DNA of 31,387 nucleotides from a virus (taxonomy: Duplodnaviria; Caudoviricetes), in the IMG/VR virus record IMGVR_UViG_3300031951_000794, positions 1-31,387 of that record. One strand, given 5' to 3'. Positions 1 to 9,145 of this stretch are shown here, in pieces (position 1 is the first letter of the stretch; each line of letters starts with the position of its first letter). The notes under the pieces were generated by a model, which was not told the origin of the DNA, searched no databases, and saw only the letters and a program-made list of their open reading frames with translations. Made by a program: the position numbers and the translations under genes.

Positions 1-3
1 TAA

Positions 4-129
4 TGTTGCCATTTTTTTTATCCTTTTTAGTCGAGCCCGTTAAGGCGTCTGCGTAAGTTTTCGCGAAGATCCCGTATGCCTAATCGAGGGGAGCCACTGC
101 CTACGCTGCCCGATACGGCTCTGGATGCG
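4..129 (+). repeat. 126-bp terminal direct repeat, left copy (assembly circularisation overlap)
   Basis: Identical to 31262-31387 by direct comparison; covers the scaffold 3' end and capsid start codon. Confidence 0.95.
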
Positions 130-1100
130 GCCTTAGCCTTTTTTACTGTCTGAGTCTGCGTCTTTATTTGTGTGGCCGCCTCGAGTTTCCCCGCCAAGCT
201 GCTGAACACTGGATCGCCTTTGACAACGTAGTTGTAGGCTGTCTCAAGAATCTCCTGAGGGGAGCCCGCCTGCTGTTGTGTCAAAGCCGACACTATCGGA
301 GCCATCTTTTCCTCTAGTTGCGCCGCCGTTTGTGCGTCGGTCGCAGTGAAGAGGGGTTTGCTCTGCATGAATGACTGTACGGTGGCGAGATTCTGCTGCG
401 CAACATAATTTTGTTGCTGCTCGTTTATCATCGCCTGAATTTTTGATTCCGCTACTCTTTCGGCCTCCTCCCTTGTTAGGTATTCCGGTGTCTCCGGTTC
501 CGGTGGATAGTATCCCTCAAGCTGCCCCTGGCTTGCCGCATACAGGTCATCGATCCTCAAGCCGTACCCGTCCAGCCACTCAAGAGCGGTCTGAATGGGG
601 TTGTCTTTCATCGCAAGATCCCACTCGATAGATCGTTCGGTAAGCTTTTCCGGTGTAAGCCCAAGCTCTTGGTATTCCTTCTCGTGTTTCTGATACACCT
701 TGTGGACGCCCTCCGTTTCGGCTCGCATCCGGTCGACCTCGGCTCGTTTGCGGTCATATTCCGCCTGGGTTTCGAACGCCCGTCGACTCAAGTATGCTTG
801 AAGGACATGCGCATTTTCCGCCGTGGGATTGAGGAACGCTTCCCGCTCCGCCTTGTTCATATCGCGAGGAGGAGCAACCGCCCTGGGTACGTTTGCGATT
901 TCCTCGCCGGCCTGCGCTTCCGTTTGTTGCGATTCTGTCTCGATTTCCCGTTCGACTGTTGCCCTAGTCGGTTCGACTGAAGTGTCGGCCTTTTGCGCCT
1001 GCAATTCGTCGCCCATGTCGAAGCTCTTTTCTAGCGCTCCTCGAATGTTAAGCGTTGACTCGTGCCCATTGGATTCCGTTTCGACTGTGTTCTCATCCAT
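27..1100 (-). CDS. Putative capsid scaffolding protein
   Basis: Acidic disordered N-terminus, helical/coiled-coil middle, basic C-terminal helix (LRENLRRRL); immediately upstream of the major capsid gene across the circular junction. Confidence 0.75.
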   Translation of the reverse strand: MDENTVETESNGHESTLNIRGALEKSFDMGDELQAQKADTSVEPTRATVEREIETESQQTEAQAGEEIANVPRAVAPPRDMNKAEREAFLNPTAENAHVLQAYLSRRAFETQAEYDRKRAEVDRMRAETEGVHKVYQKHEKEYQELGLTPEKLTERSIEWDLAMKDNPIQTALEWLDGYGLRIDDLYAASQGQLEGYYPPEPETPEYLTREEAERVAESKIQAMINEQQQNYVAQQNLATVQSFMQSKPLFTATDAQTAAQLEEKMAPIVSALTQQQAGSPQEILETAYNYVVKGDPVFSSLAGKLEAATQIKTQTQTVKKAKAASRAVSGSVGSGSPRLGIRDLRENLRRRLNGLD

Positions 1101-1410
1101 TGTATCTGTCCCTTATTTGTTGGTTTATACGATTGATCAACGCCTTTTCGCGCTCTGCTTCCCGCTTTTCGGGAGAGTAGCCTCGATCATAAGCGTCACC
1201 GACCTCGATGACTCCGGCCGCCTTGTATGCCGCCCGAAGCTTCGATTTGCTTGTATATATTTCCCTGGGGTTTAGCGGGTTCTTAGTAGGTGGCATCTCG
1301 TCGCGAATGTACCCGTGCGCTATATCCGCCGGTACTCTCACCTGTACTTCTTCGACCGGCACGACTTTGCATTGTACCGAACACCACTGAAACAGTTTGT
1401 GCTTTTCCAT
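1093..1410 (-). CDS. Phage hypothetical protein (head module)
   Basis: 105 aa, coupled to neighbours; YTSKSKLRAAYKAAGVIEVG motif resembles small genes I recall upstream of scaffold genes in podophages. Confidence 0.7.
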   Translation of the reverse strand: MEKHKLFQWCSVQCKVVPVEEVQVRVPADIAHGYIRDEMPPTKNPLNPREIYTSKSKLRAAYKAAGVIEVGDAYDRGYSPEKREAEREKALINRINQQIRDRYNG

Positions 1411-1411
1411 A

Positions 1412-2056
1412 TCAATCCAACAAAGACATCAACAAAAGAACTTTCAATTTTCGCTTTTTAATTTCCTCTTTGCTTAAACCTTTATCCTTTGCGCTTTCCA
1501 CTGACACCATCGCCCGCAAGGTTTCTGTGATGGTTTCGTCAATGCTCTTTCGCTTGCGCTTTTGCTTACCCTCCGCCGCATAACGTTCCCGCAATATCTG
1601 CGCCGCTATCTTTTCCTCTTCAGCAAGTTGCTTTCGGCGATACCTCTTGGCCTTGTGTAGTATGTCGGATAGGTCCAGCGGTGGACCAATCAATCGAGGG
1701 AACGGTATCACGGTCTCGCTCGCCCGCCTGATACATTGGATCACCTGTACCGGCTGCGAAATGGTTGGCAACGGTATAACGGTGCTGACTACCCACGGTA
1801 AGCATATAATGGTCGCTGTTGTCGTTTGCGTTATCGTCGGCAAATAGAACGTTGTCGGAAAGCTGGAGAAGACGGCCTGAATTGTTTGAACTGGCTGAGT
1901 AATAGTCGGAAGGCTAATTGAGTAGCCTGACGGCAAAAACACCGCTTCGACAACTTGCTCGTCTACGGATAATGGGACGGTCGGCAACTGATCGCGAGTC
2001 GCTGCGTTGCCGTACTCCCAGTTTAAGAATCCGTCCCACTCTGATCCATAACTCAT
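1412..2056 (-). CDS. Hypothetical protein with ~23-25 aa LPT(I/V) repeats and a basic/hydrophobic C-terminus
   Basis: Likely start ATG 2056 (ATGA overlap with upstream stop); repeats LPTV../LPTITQPVQTIQ/LPTITQ/LPTISQPVQVIQ; ends KKRKLKVLLLMSLLD. Confidence 0.75.
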   Translation of the reverse strand: MSYGSEWDGFLNWEYGNAATRDQLPTVPLSVDEQVVEAVFLPSGYSISLPTITQPVQTIQAVFSSFPTTFYLPTITQTTTATIICLPWVVSTVIPLPTISQPVQVIQCIRRASETVIPFPRLIGPPLDLSDILHKAKRYRRKQLAEEEKIAAQILRERYAAEGKQKRKRKSIDETITETLRAMVSVESAKDKGLSKEEIKKRKLKVLLLMSLLD

Positions 2057-2853
2057 GAAAAGCCCACGCTGATAAATGAGTTGGTCGCTGCCGTTGTTGA
2101 ATAATTGACACAAACGACCCACGAGTCGATAGATCCGGATGTCGGTGTCGCTGGCTGTAAAACTGTAAACCGTGCGCCACTGCCGACGATAGTGTCGTAC
2201 ACCGATGCGCCTTGTACGACGTCCTGACCATGCGACAACAGCTCCATCATATAAACGTATGTGGTGCCGCTAGTGCTCGATGCCGTATTAACCACGATAT
2301 CCGTGATATCCTGAACTGCCGATCCCTGGTCCTCTAGCCGTAAGAAAAAGCACGATCCTATAACGGCGCTGGCTGGTAGCGTTGTAACAAGCGTTCCCGT
2401 TGTAGGTGTACCATCTGCCGCAACGTAATCGACCGTGAACGATGGAGCCGTTCCGATAGGAGCTGCCAACATGATAAACGGGATGTATGCAACGGCTGCG
2501 TTGCTCTGTCCCATAACGGTACGCAAAAGAGGAAGCGTCCCAGCGGTGCGGGTAAAACGACTGCCCGTTAAATTGAAATCGCAGTAACCCACCTCATAGA
2601 TGCGAGCAATTCCACCACCTGTCCCGCCGACGTTGGCGTATTCCAAGGACTGATTAAGTTGATCCTCTGATCCACAAAAGTTGATATCCTCTTGTGTGCT
2701 GCCAAAGGTTCCCGTTGCGAGGGGTAGGATTTGAAACGAGATATTGCCGCTGGTGCTGTTGGCTGCCGTTGTGTTGGAGGATGTAACGGTTGTTCCGATG
2801 TTATAAACACCGCCGTATTCTGCAAGGTTTTGAATGATCTGATTTATGCTCAT
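2053..2853 (-). CDS. Putative virion structural protein, paralog 3 of 3
   Basis: 266 aa, Thr/Gly/Ser-rich; motifs VDYVAADG and AVQDITDI shared with the two upstream ORFs. Confidence 0.75.
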   Translation of the reverse strand: MSINQIIQNLAEYGGVYNIGTTVTSSNTTAANSTSGNISFQILPLATGTFGSTQEDINFCGSEDQLNQSLEYANVGGTGGGIARIYEVGYCDFNLTGSRFTRTAGTLPLLRTVMGQSNAAVAYIPFIMLAAPIGTAPSFTVDYVAADGTPTTGTLVTTLPASAVIGSCFFLRLEDQGSAVQDITDIVVNTASSTSGTTYVYMMELLSHGQDVVQGASVYDTIVGSGARFTVLQPATPTSGSIDSWVVCVNYSTTAATNSFISVGFS

Positions 2854-3644
2854 ACAGGCTCAGGCACTAACCCCAAGTTTATTACCGCCGCTCCCGCCGC
2901 TGTCGTAAAAAAACGATACGCTGCAATCGTTTCCGTCGGCTCAATCAAATACGGCACCATCGTTTGACGGAAAAAGCTCATGTCCCACTGTGTTTTATTT
3001 TGTAATCCAATGTACAACGGCAAAAGCCCGTATACTTTCACCGTACCCGTTGGAGATCCCGTTGCTGTAATGGTGATATCGGTTACGTCTCGAACGCCTT
3101 TGCTTCCGCCTGGTGCGGTTGGTTGAAACATAAACGCAGTGTTTGCGTCCATCGTTGGCTCAAGTTGAATTGAGTTTGTAATTGCCGTTGCGCCGCCCTG
3201 GTCTGTATATTCGATGTCCAAAGTACCGCCACCGCCGGAGCCGTTGCTTGAAACACACTGAGTATCGCATACGATCATGGTGAGACCGCTTGCCGTTTGT
3301 ATTGATGCGCCTTTTACGTCTTTTGTTGGCATTGTAACGCCATCGACAAAAGTTGACGCCAAATCCAGCTCGCCCAATAGGTACTCTAACGCTATGACAT
3401 TAACGCCGACGGTATCGGTTGTAATCATGCTGCAATTTGTCGCAACAAACCCTTCGACATCCGTTCCAACCGACGGAACTGTAATTGCTATCGGAAAGCG
3501 TTGTGCAATCGTAACCGCTGCCGCTGGAACGGTGCTAGTCGATGACACCTCTGCATACACCGTACGATAAAAAGACCCGTAGTTGGCATCGGCTGCTATC
3601 GCCTTGTCAATCGTAGCGCTCTGGAAAGTAAAGTTGCTGCCCAC
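2850..3644 (-). CDS. Putative virion structural protein, paralog 2 of 3
   Basis: 264 aa; motifs IEYTDQGG and GVRDVTDI. Confidence 0.75.
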   Translation of the reverse strand: MGSNFTFQSATIDKAIAADANYGSFYRTVYAEVSSTSTVPAAAVTIAQRFPIAITVPSVGTDVEGFVATNCSMITTDTVGVNVIALEYLLGELDLASTFVDGVTMPTKDVKGASIQTASGLTMIVCDTQCVSSNGSGGGGTLDIEYTDQGGATAITNSIQLEPTMDANTAFMFQPTAPGGSKGVRDVTDITITATGSPTGTVKVYGLLPLYIGLQNKTQWDMSFFRQTMVPYLIEPTETIAAYRFFTTAAGAAVINLGLVPEPV

Positions 3645-4411
3645 TAGGTTACTCCTACAAGATTTGCTGACCCGATAATGGTCGTACCAGTGTTATTAAA
3701 CGCCACAAGCAAAATCAATTCGCCACCCGCTAACGGGACCGGAGCCGGTTTCTGAGTTAAAAAGTTGACTTGCGCTCCCGCTCCTGTTGATTGCGTCGAC
3801 TGATTCATCATGCAGATTGGCACGACTCCGCCAACTAACATCGTCCCTGTGTATGTCCCTGCGCCTGTAAAACGCATATCGGTTACGTCTTGAACGCCGT
3901 AGTCCCCTGCGTTTAAGGGAATGAATCCGCTTGATCCTAACGGGACTGGAGTGCTTTTGAGCGTAACGGCTGGCGACCATGTGGCTGCGTTGCCGTCTTG
4001 ATCAATGTATTCGACCTCCATTGTGTTAGCGGTACCAGCGGTTAGGCTGTAAGCCGTATAGCCAAAAAGACTGCCGTATATTTGGCGGGAGGTGTCGCCT
4101 TCTGTTACAGTCGGCATTCCCGAAAAGGTTGTGAGAGTTGACGTATCAAAATCGTACTGAGCCAACAAGACAATCTTTGCGACCAAGATCGGCGTGTTGT
4201 TACTGCTACGGGTTTCGATATTGCTTAATCGGTACTCCGTAACCCCGACCGGAAACGGGTCGATTGCTCCTCCAATTAGCGTTTGTGCCTGTAATAATTG
4301 ACCTGCATAGATGTCACTGGCTCCGCTGTCCACTTGTGAAATGAAGTGCGCCTGCTGAATATAACCCGCTGCCGTCTGTGTAATGTAATCGCCAAAACTA
4401 AGGAGCGCCAC
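3644..4411 (-). CDS. Putative virion structural protein, paralog 1 of 3
   Basis: 255 aa; motifs VEYIDQDG and GVQDVTDM. Confidence 0.75.
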   Translation of the reverse strand: MALLSFGDYITQTAAGYIQQAHFISQVDSGASDIYAGQLLQAQTLIGGAIDPFPVGVTEYRLSNIETRSSNNTPILVAKIVLLAQYDFDTSTLTTFSGMPTVTEGDTSRQIYGSLFGYTAYSLTAGTANTMEVEYIDQDGNAATWSPAVTLKSTPVPLGSSGFIPLNAGDYGVQDVTDMRFTGAGTYTGTMLVGGVVPICMMNQSTQSTGAGAQVNFLTQKPAPVPLAGGELILLVAFNNTGTTIIGSANLVGVT

Positions 4412-4610
4412 GAACGACCTCCGTCAAAGATGCTGGGTTTAGGTTCGCTGCAAAAGTATGCTCCTTCGTGCAGGTTACCAACTCCCGTTCATCGTCCCAG
4501 GTTACATGCACTACCTCCTCGCAGATGGGACATTTCACAAGCCGATAAAACGTTTTTAACGGTTGTGGAGGTATCGCCTGACTTGGTCGTGCTGGTGGCT
4601 TGCCGAACAT
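4398..4610 (-). CDS. Small putative zinc-ribbon protein
   Basis: 70 aa, CPIC...CTKEH; fills the gap between coupled genes. Confidence 0.65.
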   Translation of the reverse strand: MFGKPPARPSQAIPPQPLKTFYRLVKCPICEEVVHVTWDDERELVTCTKEHTFAANLNPASLTEVVRGAP

Positions 4611-4612
4611 GA

Positions 4613-5035
4613 TTAAAGCGAGAATATACCCGTTGGGTCAAACTGGATTTGAATATTGCCGCCGTTTGGTGTGACGTTAATTGGACCGCCGACGACCGTA
4701 TCCATATACATTATCAACGGCGAGGTCGCCGCAAATCCCGTATCCTTGTATATAATTAAAGCCTCAATCGTGTTACCGGTTACGCTGGTGAACGTGACAT
4801 CGGCTGCGTCGAATAGTCCGTTGGTCACGGTCTTGCTTCCCAATAGCTGCGTTGTACCTACCAACGCCGACGACGCTGCCGACCAAAACTCGTGCGTTGC
4901 GCTGTAGGCGTATGTGCCTGTGTCAATCAATGCGATACGTATGTTATCGGTGGCGAGGTCGATAGGCGTGCCGGTTGATATAGTCGACGCTCCTATAAGC
5001 TTCTGGAGGAACTTTGGATACAATACGTTTGACAT
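4613..5035 (-). CDS. Putative minor virion/appendage protein
   Basis: 140 aa, beta-rich; motifs LYPKF, IRIALID, FDAADVTF and PNGGNI resemble a widespread phage structural family. Confidence 0.7.
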   Translation of the reverse strand: MSNVLYPKFLQKLIGASTISTGTPIDLATDNIRIALIDTGTYAYSATHEFWSAASSALVGTTQLLGSKTVTNGLFDAADVTFTSVTGNTIEALIIYKDTGFAATSPLIMYMDTVVGGPINVTPNGGNIQIQFDPTGIFSL

Positions 5036-5038
5036 GTC

Positions 5039-7405
5039 TTACTCCTCAGTGATTTCAATTCCGACCGGATTGCCGGTCTCGTCGCTGATAATTTTCCCGA
5101 CCTTTCGACCGGCTGGCTTCGGCGCAGCAACCGGCGTTTCCTGCATCGTCCTTAGCGCAATTCGGATGCGTTCAAGCTCCTGCTCGTCCGCCAACCGTCG
5201 TTCCTCAAGCATCTTTTCCGACTCGGCCAACCGTGTTGCCATGCGCTCTAACTCAAGCCGTTGCAAGTCGAGGATATTGTTTACGCGATTGTTTTCCTTT
5301 GTGATTTCCTGCTTCGACATTTCGTTGTCGCTCTGTGCCTGTATACGCATCATCTCAACTTGTAATTGAGCGTTCTTCAATTCCAGCTCCTTGTTTTTGA
5401 GGAGCAGGCTTTCCTGGTCGAAGTACGCCTTGTTTTGCATCTCTTGAGACCGTAGTTGCGCATCCATCGACGCAATCTGTAAGTTGGCCTGTATCTGTTC
5501 GATGTTCGGATCCGGAGGTGGTTCCTGCTGTGCGGCCGCTGCCTCCCGTGCTTCCGTGATTTTGGTAATGGTAGCCAGTGCCGACTGGAACATACCGTCC
5601 AACTCTTCGCCGCCCTTGTATCGACGTACGACGTTCTGAAGGAGCGCCATCGAGAAATTAGCGAGGGGAGGATACTGCTCAATCATGCCCGACATCTGTT
5701 GAAAGAACGAACTCACCGATTCGATCATTTCAAGCCCTTCGGCCTTCTCCCGCTGTTGGTCAAGCGCCACCATACTATCGGAAGATACCTCGATTCGGTA
5801 TGCCCGCTGCTCGTCGTCGCTGATCACCTCGTATATTTGAGCCTTCACCGACTCGATCATCATTTGCGGATCTGGTGGAGGCATGTTCGGATCGTCGCTT
5901 GGCTCCGGCTCCGGAATCATTGGACCGATAAGAGCGTCGGCGTCCGCCACGTCCATGATAACCGCCGGATCAAACATTTCGGCTATAATAGCGGAAAGCT
6001 TGTTAATGCCGTCCGATACGAACTTTGCGAACTGATTTTGCCGAACAATAAGACCAAGAGAGGACCACGCCGATTCGAGTCGGTTGGCGGTCGCTGTTTT
6101 GCTGGGATCGCTGGCGCCCCGAAGTAGGTCCGACACTTTGAGGGTTTCGTATAGCTGCCCCAATGCGTTTGCCCGTGCCTCACCGAGTACCTGCAAAGCG
6201 TTAATGAAAGGGGACACGTCAAAGTATTCCACCCCGTTGGCGCCACCGCCACGGCCTTTATAGCTCGGCCAATTCATCACCGGAATGAACTTTAGGTCGC
6301 CCTGTAGTAACTGCTCGACCTGCGTGCCCATAGTCGCATCATAAAGCGCATTTGTTCGGATTGCCTCGACGACCGCTGCGATGCGTGTTGTAAGCCGTTC
6401 AATCTGTAGAATTTGGTCCTTGCAGTGTACATAATCCGACACCGGAATCACCGAGTCCGGATCGACCGACTGGCTGATTACGCTACACGGGAAAAAGCCC
6501 TCAAACTCGACCGGAGGTTCGCCTTCCTGAATAATTGAGCGGTCGCCGTTCTGCTGCATCCAATATACACGCTCGGTCGCCTTGCACCATATCTCAAACA
6601 CCTCGGCCTTGCCCTCGTATGCTTCGCGGTCCCGCCTCCAGTCGCGTTGTATCGCCTCAGGGAAAGCGTCGTAGCTGAGTTTCTCCGCCGCCTCCACCCC
6701 AAAGATTTTGCGTGCTGCCGCCTTGTCAAGGAACGCCCGACGTGCCACCCATTCAATTTCGCTTTCGTTGCGAGCGTCGTTGGTAAGAAAATCATTGTAA
6801 GCGACGACCTCAAGAAGTGCTTTCTCGTCGTCCTTCTTCTCGACCTGTATGCGCACCGTGACGATCTCTGTGCCGTCGGTCGGCTCGATAATTTCGATTC
6901 CCTCCTGGGTCACGTCAAAGATCGCCCCGCTCTGGTCTGCAAGATTTCCATCCGGCGTTCTAATCAGAGCAATTTCGGTTACTTCTGTCTCGAACGAGCA
7001 GTCGTACCGAGCCCACAATACCGCCCGACCAGTCAAAAGGAACGAAAGCGCCGCATTGTATCCTACGGCGTCAAAATCAAAATATTCGTCCAACGCATAT
7101 TGAACGTTACGTTCGAGGACCACGGCGCCAAGCTCCGCAGCCATTCCACCGGCTCGCTTCCTTAGTTTCGCCTGTGCCTTCGGTGTGCTGCTGTAGTACG
7201 CTGGGAGCAACGTGTTAACACAGTACCACCACACGTTGAGCCGACGTTGGACGTTGTTTAGGTCACGCTCTGCACGATATAGCTTTATGCTTTCCTCGGA
7301 GCGGTCAAAGAACTTTTTGTGCCGTTCTTCAGCGAGTTGGATTTCGCTTTTCCAGTAGCGAGGTGTGTACTTTTCGAGGGTTCCGACGGTCTCTGACTTG
7401 GCCAT
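5039..7405 (-). CDS. Portal protein (P22-like, long C-terminal coiled coil)
   Basis: 788 aa directly after terL; KTATA motif; Q/E/L-rich helical C-terminus. Confidence 0.85.
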   Translation of the reverse strand: MAKSETVGTLEKYTPRYWKSEIQLAEERHKKFFDRSEESIKLYRAERDLNNVQRRLNVWWYCVNTLLPAYYSSTPKAQAKLRKRAGGMAAELGAVVLERNVQYALDEYFDFDAVGYNAALSFLLTGRAVLWARYDCSFETEVTEIALIRTPDGNLADQSGAIFDVTQEGIEIIEPTDGTEIVTVRIQVEKKDDEKALLEVVAYNDFLTNDARNESEIEWVARRAFLDKAAARKIFGVEAAEKLSYDAFPEAIQRDWRRDREAYEGKAEVFEIWCKATERVYWMQQNGDRSIIQEGEPPVEFEGFFPCSVISQSVDPDSVIPVSDYVHCKDQILQIERLTTRIAAVVEAIRTNALYDATMGTQVEQLLQGDLKFIPVMNWPSYKGRGGGANGVEYFDVSPFINALQVLGEARANALGQLYETLKVSDLLRGASDPSKTATANRLESAWSSLGLIVRQNQFAKFVSDGINKLSAIIAEMFDPAVIMDVADADALIGPMIPEPEPSDDPNMPPPDPQMMIESVKAQIYEVISDDEQRAYRIEVSSDSMVALDQQREKAEGLEMIESVSSFFQQMSGMIEQYPPLANFSMALLQNVVRRYKGGEELDGMFQSALATITKITEAREAAAAQQEPPPDPNIEQIQANLQIASMDAQLRSQEMQNKAYFDQESLLLKNKELELKNAQLQVEMMRIQAQSDNEMSKQEITKENNRVNNILDLQRLELERMATRLAESEKMLEERRLADEQELERIRIALRTMQETPVAAPKPAGRKVGKIISDETGNPVGIEITEE

Positions 7406-8832
7406 TAAAGCTGCGTCCTTGCGTTGTTGCGCCTGACTTGCGCGATATACTCGCCGATCAATATCTTACCATCGCGTGCTGGTTCTACCACTTTTTTATG
7501 TTCGCTGTCGAGGAGTCTCTCTTTGCATAGGTATCTGAGCGCATCCGCAACGTGGTCGTCGCCGGTCGTATCAACGTCCTCCGTGCGGGTTAGATCAAAC
7601 TGCAACGCCGGCAACGAGTCAATCAGATACGGACAAGATGTGGTGACGTATAGCATCGCCGGATTGCTCATCAGCCGTTGTCGTATCTGCGACCATCCGG
7701 AGATCCGGTCGTTGTCTGCCCGCTTAAGCGTAGGATGCCCGCCTTCCACCAGTTTTGCGTTGATTTGGTCGGCGATACTTGGCCCGCCGTCGTGTTTGAA
7801 CATCGCCGGATCGCCCACGCAAATAGGTTTCTCGCCACGACCGGCCGCCGCTACTTTCACGCCCTGGTCGGCGTTCTCGACCTGCTTGCCCCATAGCTCG
7901 CGATAGATAACGATTGAGCCTTTGGGATAAGGTACCTCCCGCCCGCTGTCATCCTTGCCCGACGATACCGCTCCCCACACGGCTGCAAACGGCGAAGCAT
8001 ATCCCCAGTCGTACCCGAGATATCGTGGCCAATGCGTCGGAATGGCAAACGGTGCGATGATGTGACGGCTGCCGAACTCGGGAAAATACGCTCCTTGTGT
8101 AATCTCAAAGTCACCCTCAAGCCATGCCCGCACCAATTCGGGAGAGCCCACCAGGTGAAGGCGGTCGATGTATCCTGGGTCTTTTTCCAGGAGGATGCGA
8201 TTATCCTGTACCGTCGATGGGATATACACGTATTTCACTGAGTTGCCAGTCGGTAGTTTCCAGTCGAGCGTCCGCATACCCAACGGTGCCGGTTTGTAAA
8301 ACACCTCCCGTATCCATCGATGCCCTGGACCGCCTGGGTTAAACGTCAAAATGAGTTGAATAGGTACGCCACCGACCGACCGGAGCGCTCCGAAAAGTTT
8401 CCATATTGGCGCAGGGTCCGGATAGTTTCCCGCCTCTTCGACGGCTGCGTTGGTCAAGTTTTGGCCCTGGTATTTTTGAGCGTCGGCGTCGTTCTCCAAC
8501 GGTCGAAACCGAATGCGGCCGCCCGAAGGAAATACGAACATGCGTTTCTGTTCATACCATTCGGCGCCGACGGGGAGGTATATCTCCCTGGCCCGCTCCA
8601 TTAGATCATCGGCCTGAGGCATTTCGCGACGGAAAAACACAGCGTTGAAAGGCTTTCCCCACTTGAGCGCCAAAATGCCGAACTTGCCTAATACGCCGTC
8701 TGTCTTGCCTCCGCCTCTAGCTCCTCCGTATCCGATCAACGGATGCGGTGCTTTAATGAGAGCGTGTTGGCGACCCCGCTGCGGTGCCCACGCCACCGAC
8801 TCCGTACTGTTTTTGCCACTCGTCTTCGTCAA
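7405..8832 (-). CDS. terL: Terminase large subunit
   Basis: Walker A GGARGGGKT, Walker B AAVEE, coupling motif TFNPGG, nuclease GYDWGY and DHVADALRY; start could instead be GTG 8796. Confidence 0.95.
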   Translation of the reverse strand: MTKTSGKNSTESVAWAPQRGRQHALIKAPHPLIGYGGARGGGKTDGVLGKFGILALKWGKPFNAVFFRREMPQADDLMERAREIYLPVGAEWYEQKRMFVFPSGGRIRFRPLENDADAQKYQGQNLTNAAVEEAGNYPDPAPIWKLFGALRSVGGVPIQLILTFNPGGPGHRWIREVFYKPAPLGMRTLDWKLPTGNSVKYVYIPSTVQDNRILLEKDPGYIDRLHLVGSPELVRAWLEGDFEITQGAYFPEFGSRHIIAPFAIPTHWPRYLGYDWGYASPFAAVWGAVSSGKDDSGREVPYPKGSIVIYRELWGKQVENADQGVKVAAAGRGEKPICVGDPAMFKHDGGPSIADQINAKLVEGGHPTLKRADNDRISGWSQIRQRLMSNPAMLYVTTSCPYLIDSLPALQFDLTRTEDVDTTGDDHVADALRYLCKERLLDSEHKKVVEPARDGKILIGEYIAQVRRNNARTQL

Positions 8833-9145
8833 GAGGCTCCTCCCTGATCACGCCCTTGTGAGTCACTTCACTAACTGTTTCAATTCGCGACACCTCTCGC
8901 CATCCCGCCTGCGTCTTTAAATAGAAGATAATTGCCGCGATATTACCTTGTTTTATAGCGTCCAAAAGTTTACCCGCTACAAATAGCCGTGTTCCCGCTT
9001 TCCCCTCCTCTATCTCTTTTGCGCAATACTTATAGAGCGTCGTTTTGCTCATTCCCCAAATTGCGGCCACGTCCTCGGCTGATACTAAACCAGCCGCTCG
9101 CTTAATTTTTTCTCGGTCCTCATCGGTCAATACTTTCTTTTTCAT
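8753..9145 (-). CDS. terS: Terminase small subunit
   Basis: N-terminal HTH (AEDVAAIWGMSKTTLYK), AIIFYLKTQAGWRE motif, directly upstream of terL; start ATG 9145. Confidence 0.8.
   Translation of the reverse strand: MKKKVLTDEDREKIKRAAGLVSAEDVAAIWGMSKTTLYKYCAKEIEEGKAGTRLFVAGKLLDAIKQGNIAAIIFYLKTQAGWREVSRIETVSEVTHKGVIREEPLDEDEWQKQYGVGGVGTAAGSPTRSH

Noticed and set aside
4-129. Terminal repeat as a biological DTR or att site
   Set aside because: The 126-bp length is typical of a k-mer overlap, and it cuts through the scaffold and capsid genes; no integrase is present
8753-8832. Programmed frameshift fusing terS and terL
   Set aside because: The overlap is explained by an internal start (TTG 8832 or GTG 8796 with GGAG); no slippery heptamer seen
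371-8920. Numerous plus-strand ORFs (e.g. 823-1275, 4914-5369, 6647-7165, 7424-7906)
   Set aside because: Antisense shadows of well-supported minus-strand genes; no motifs or RBS support
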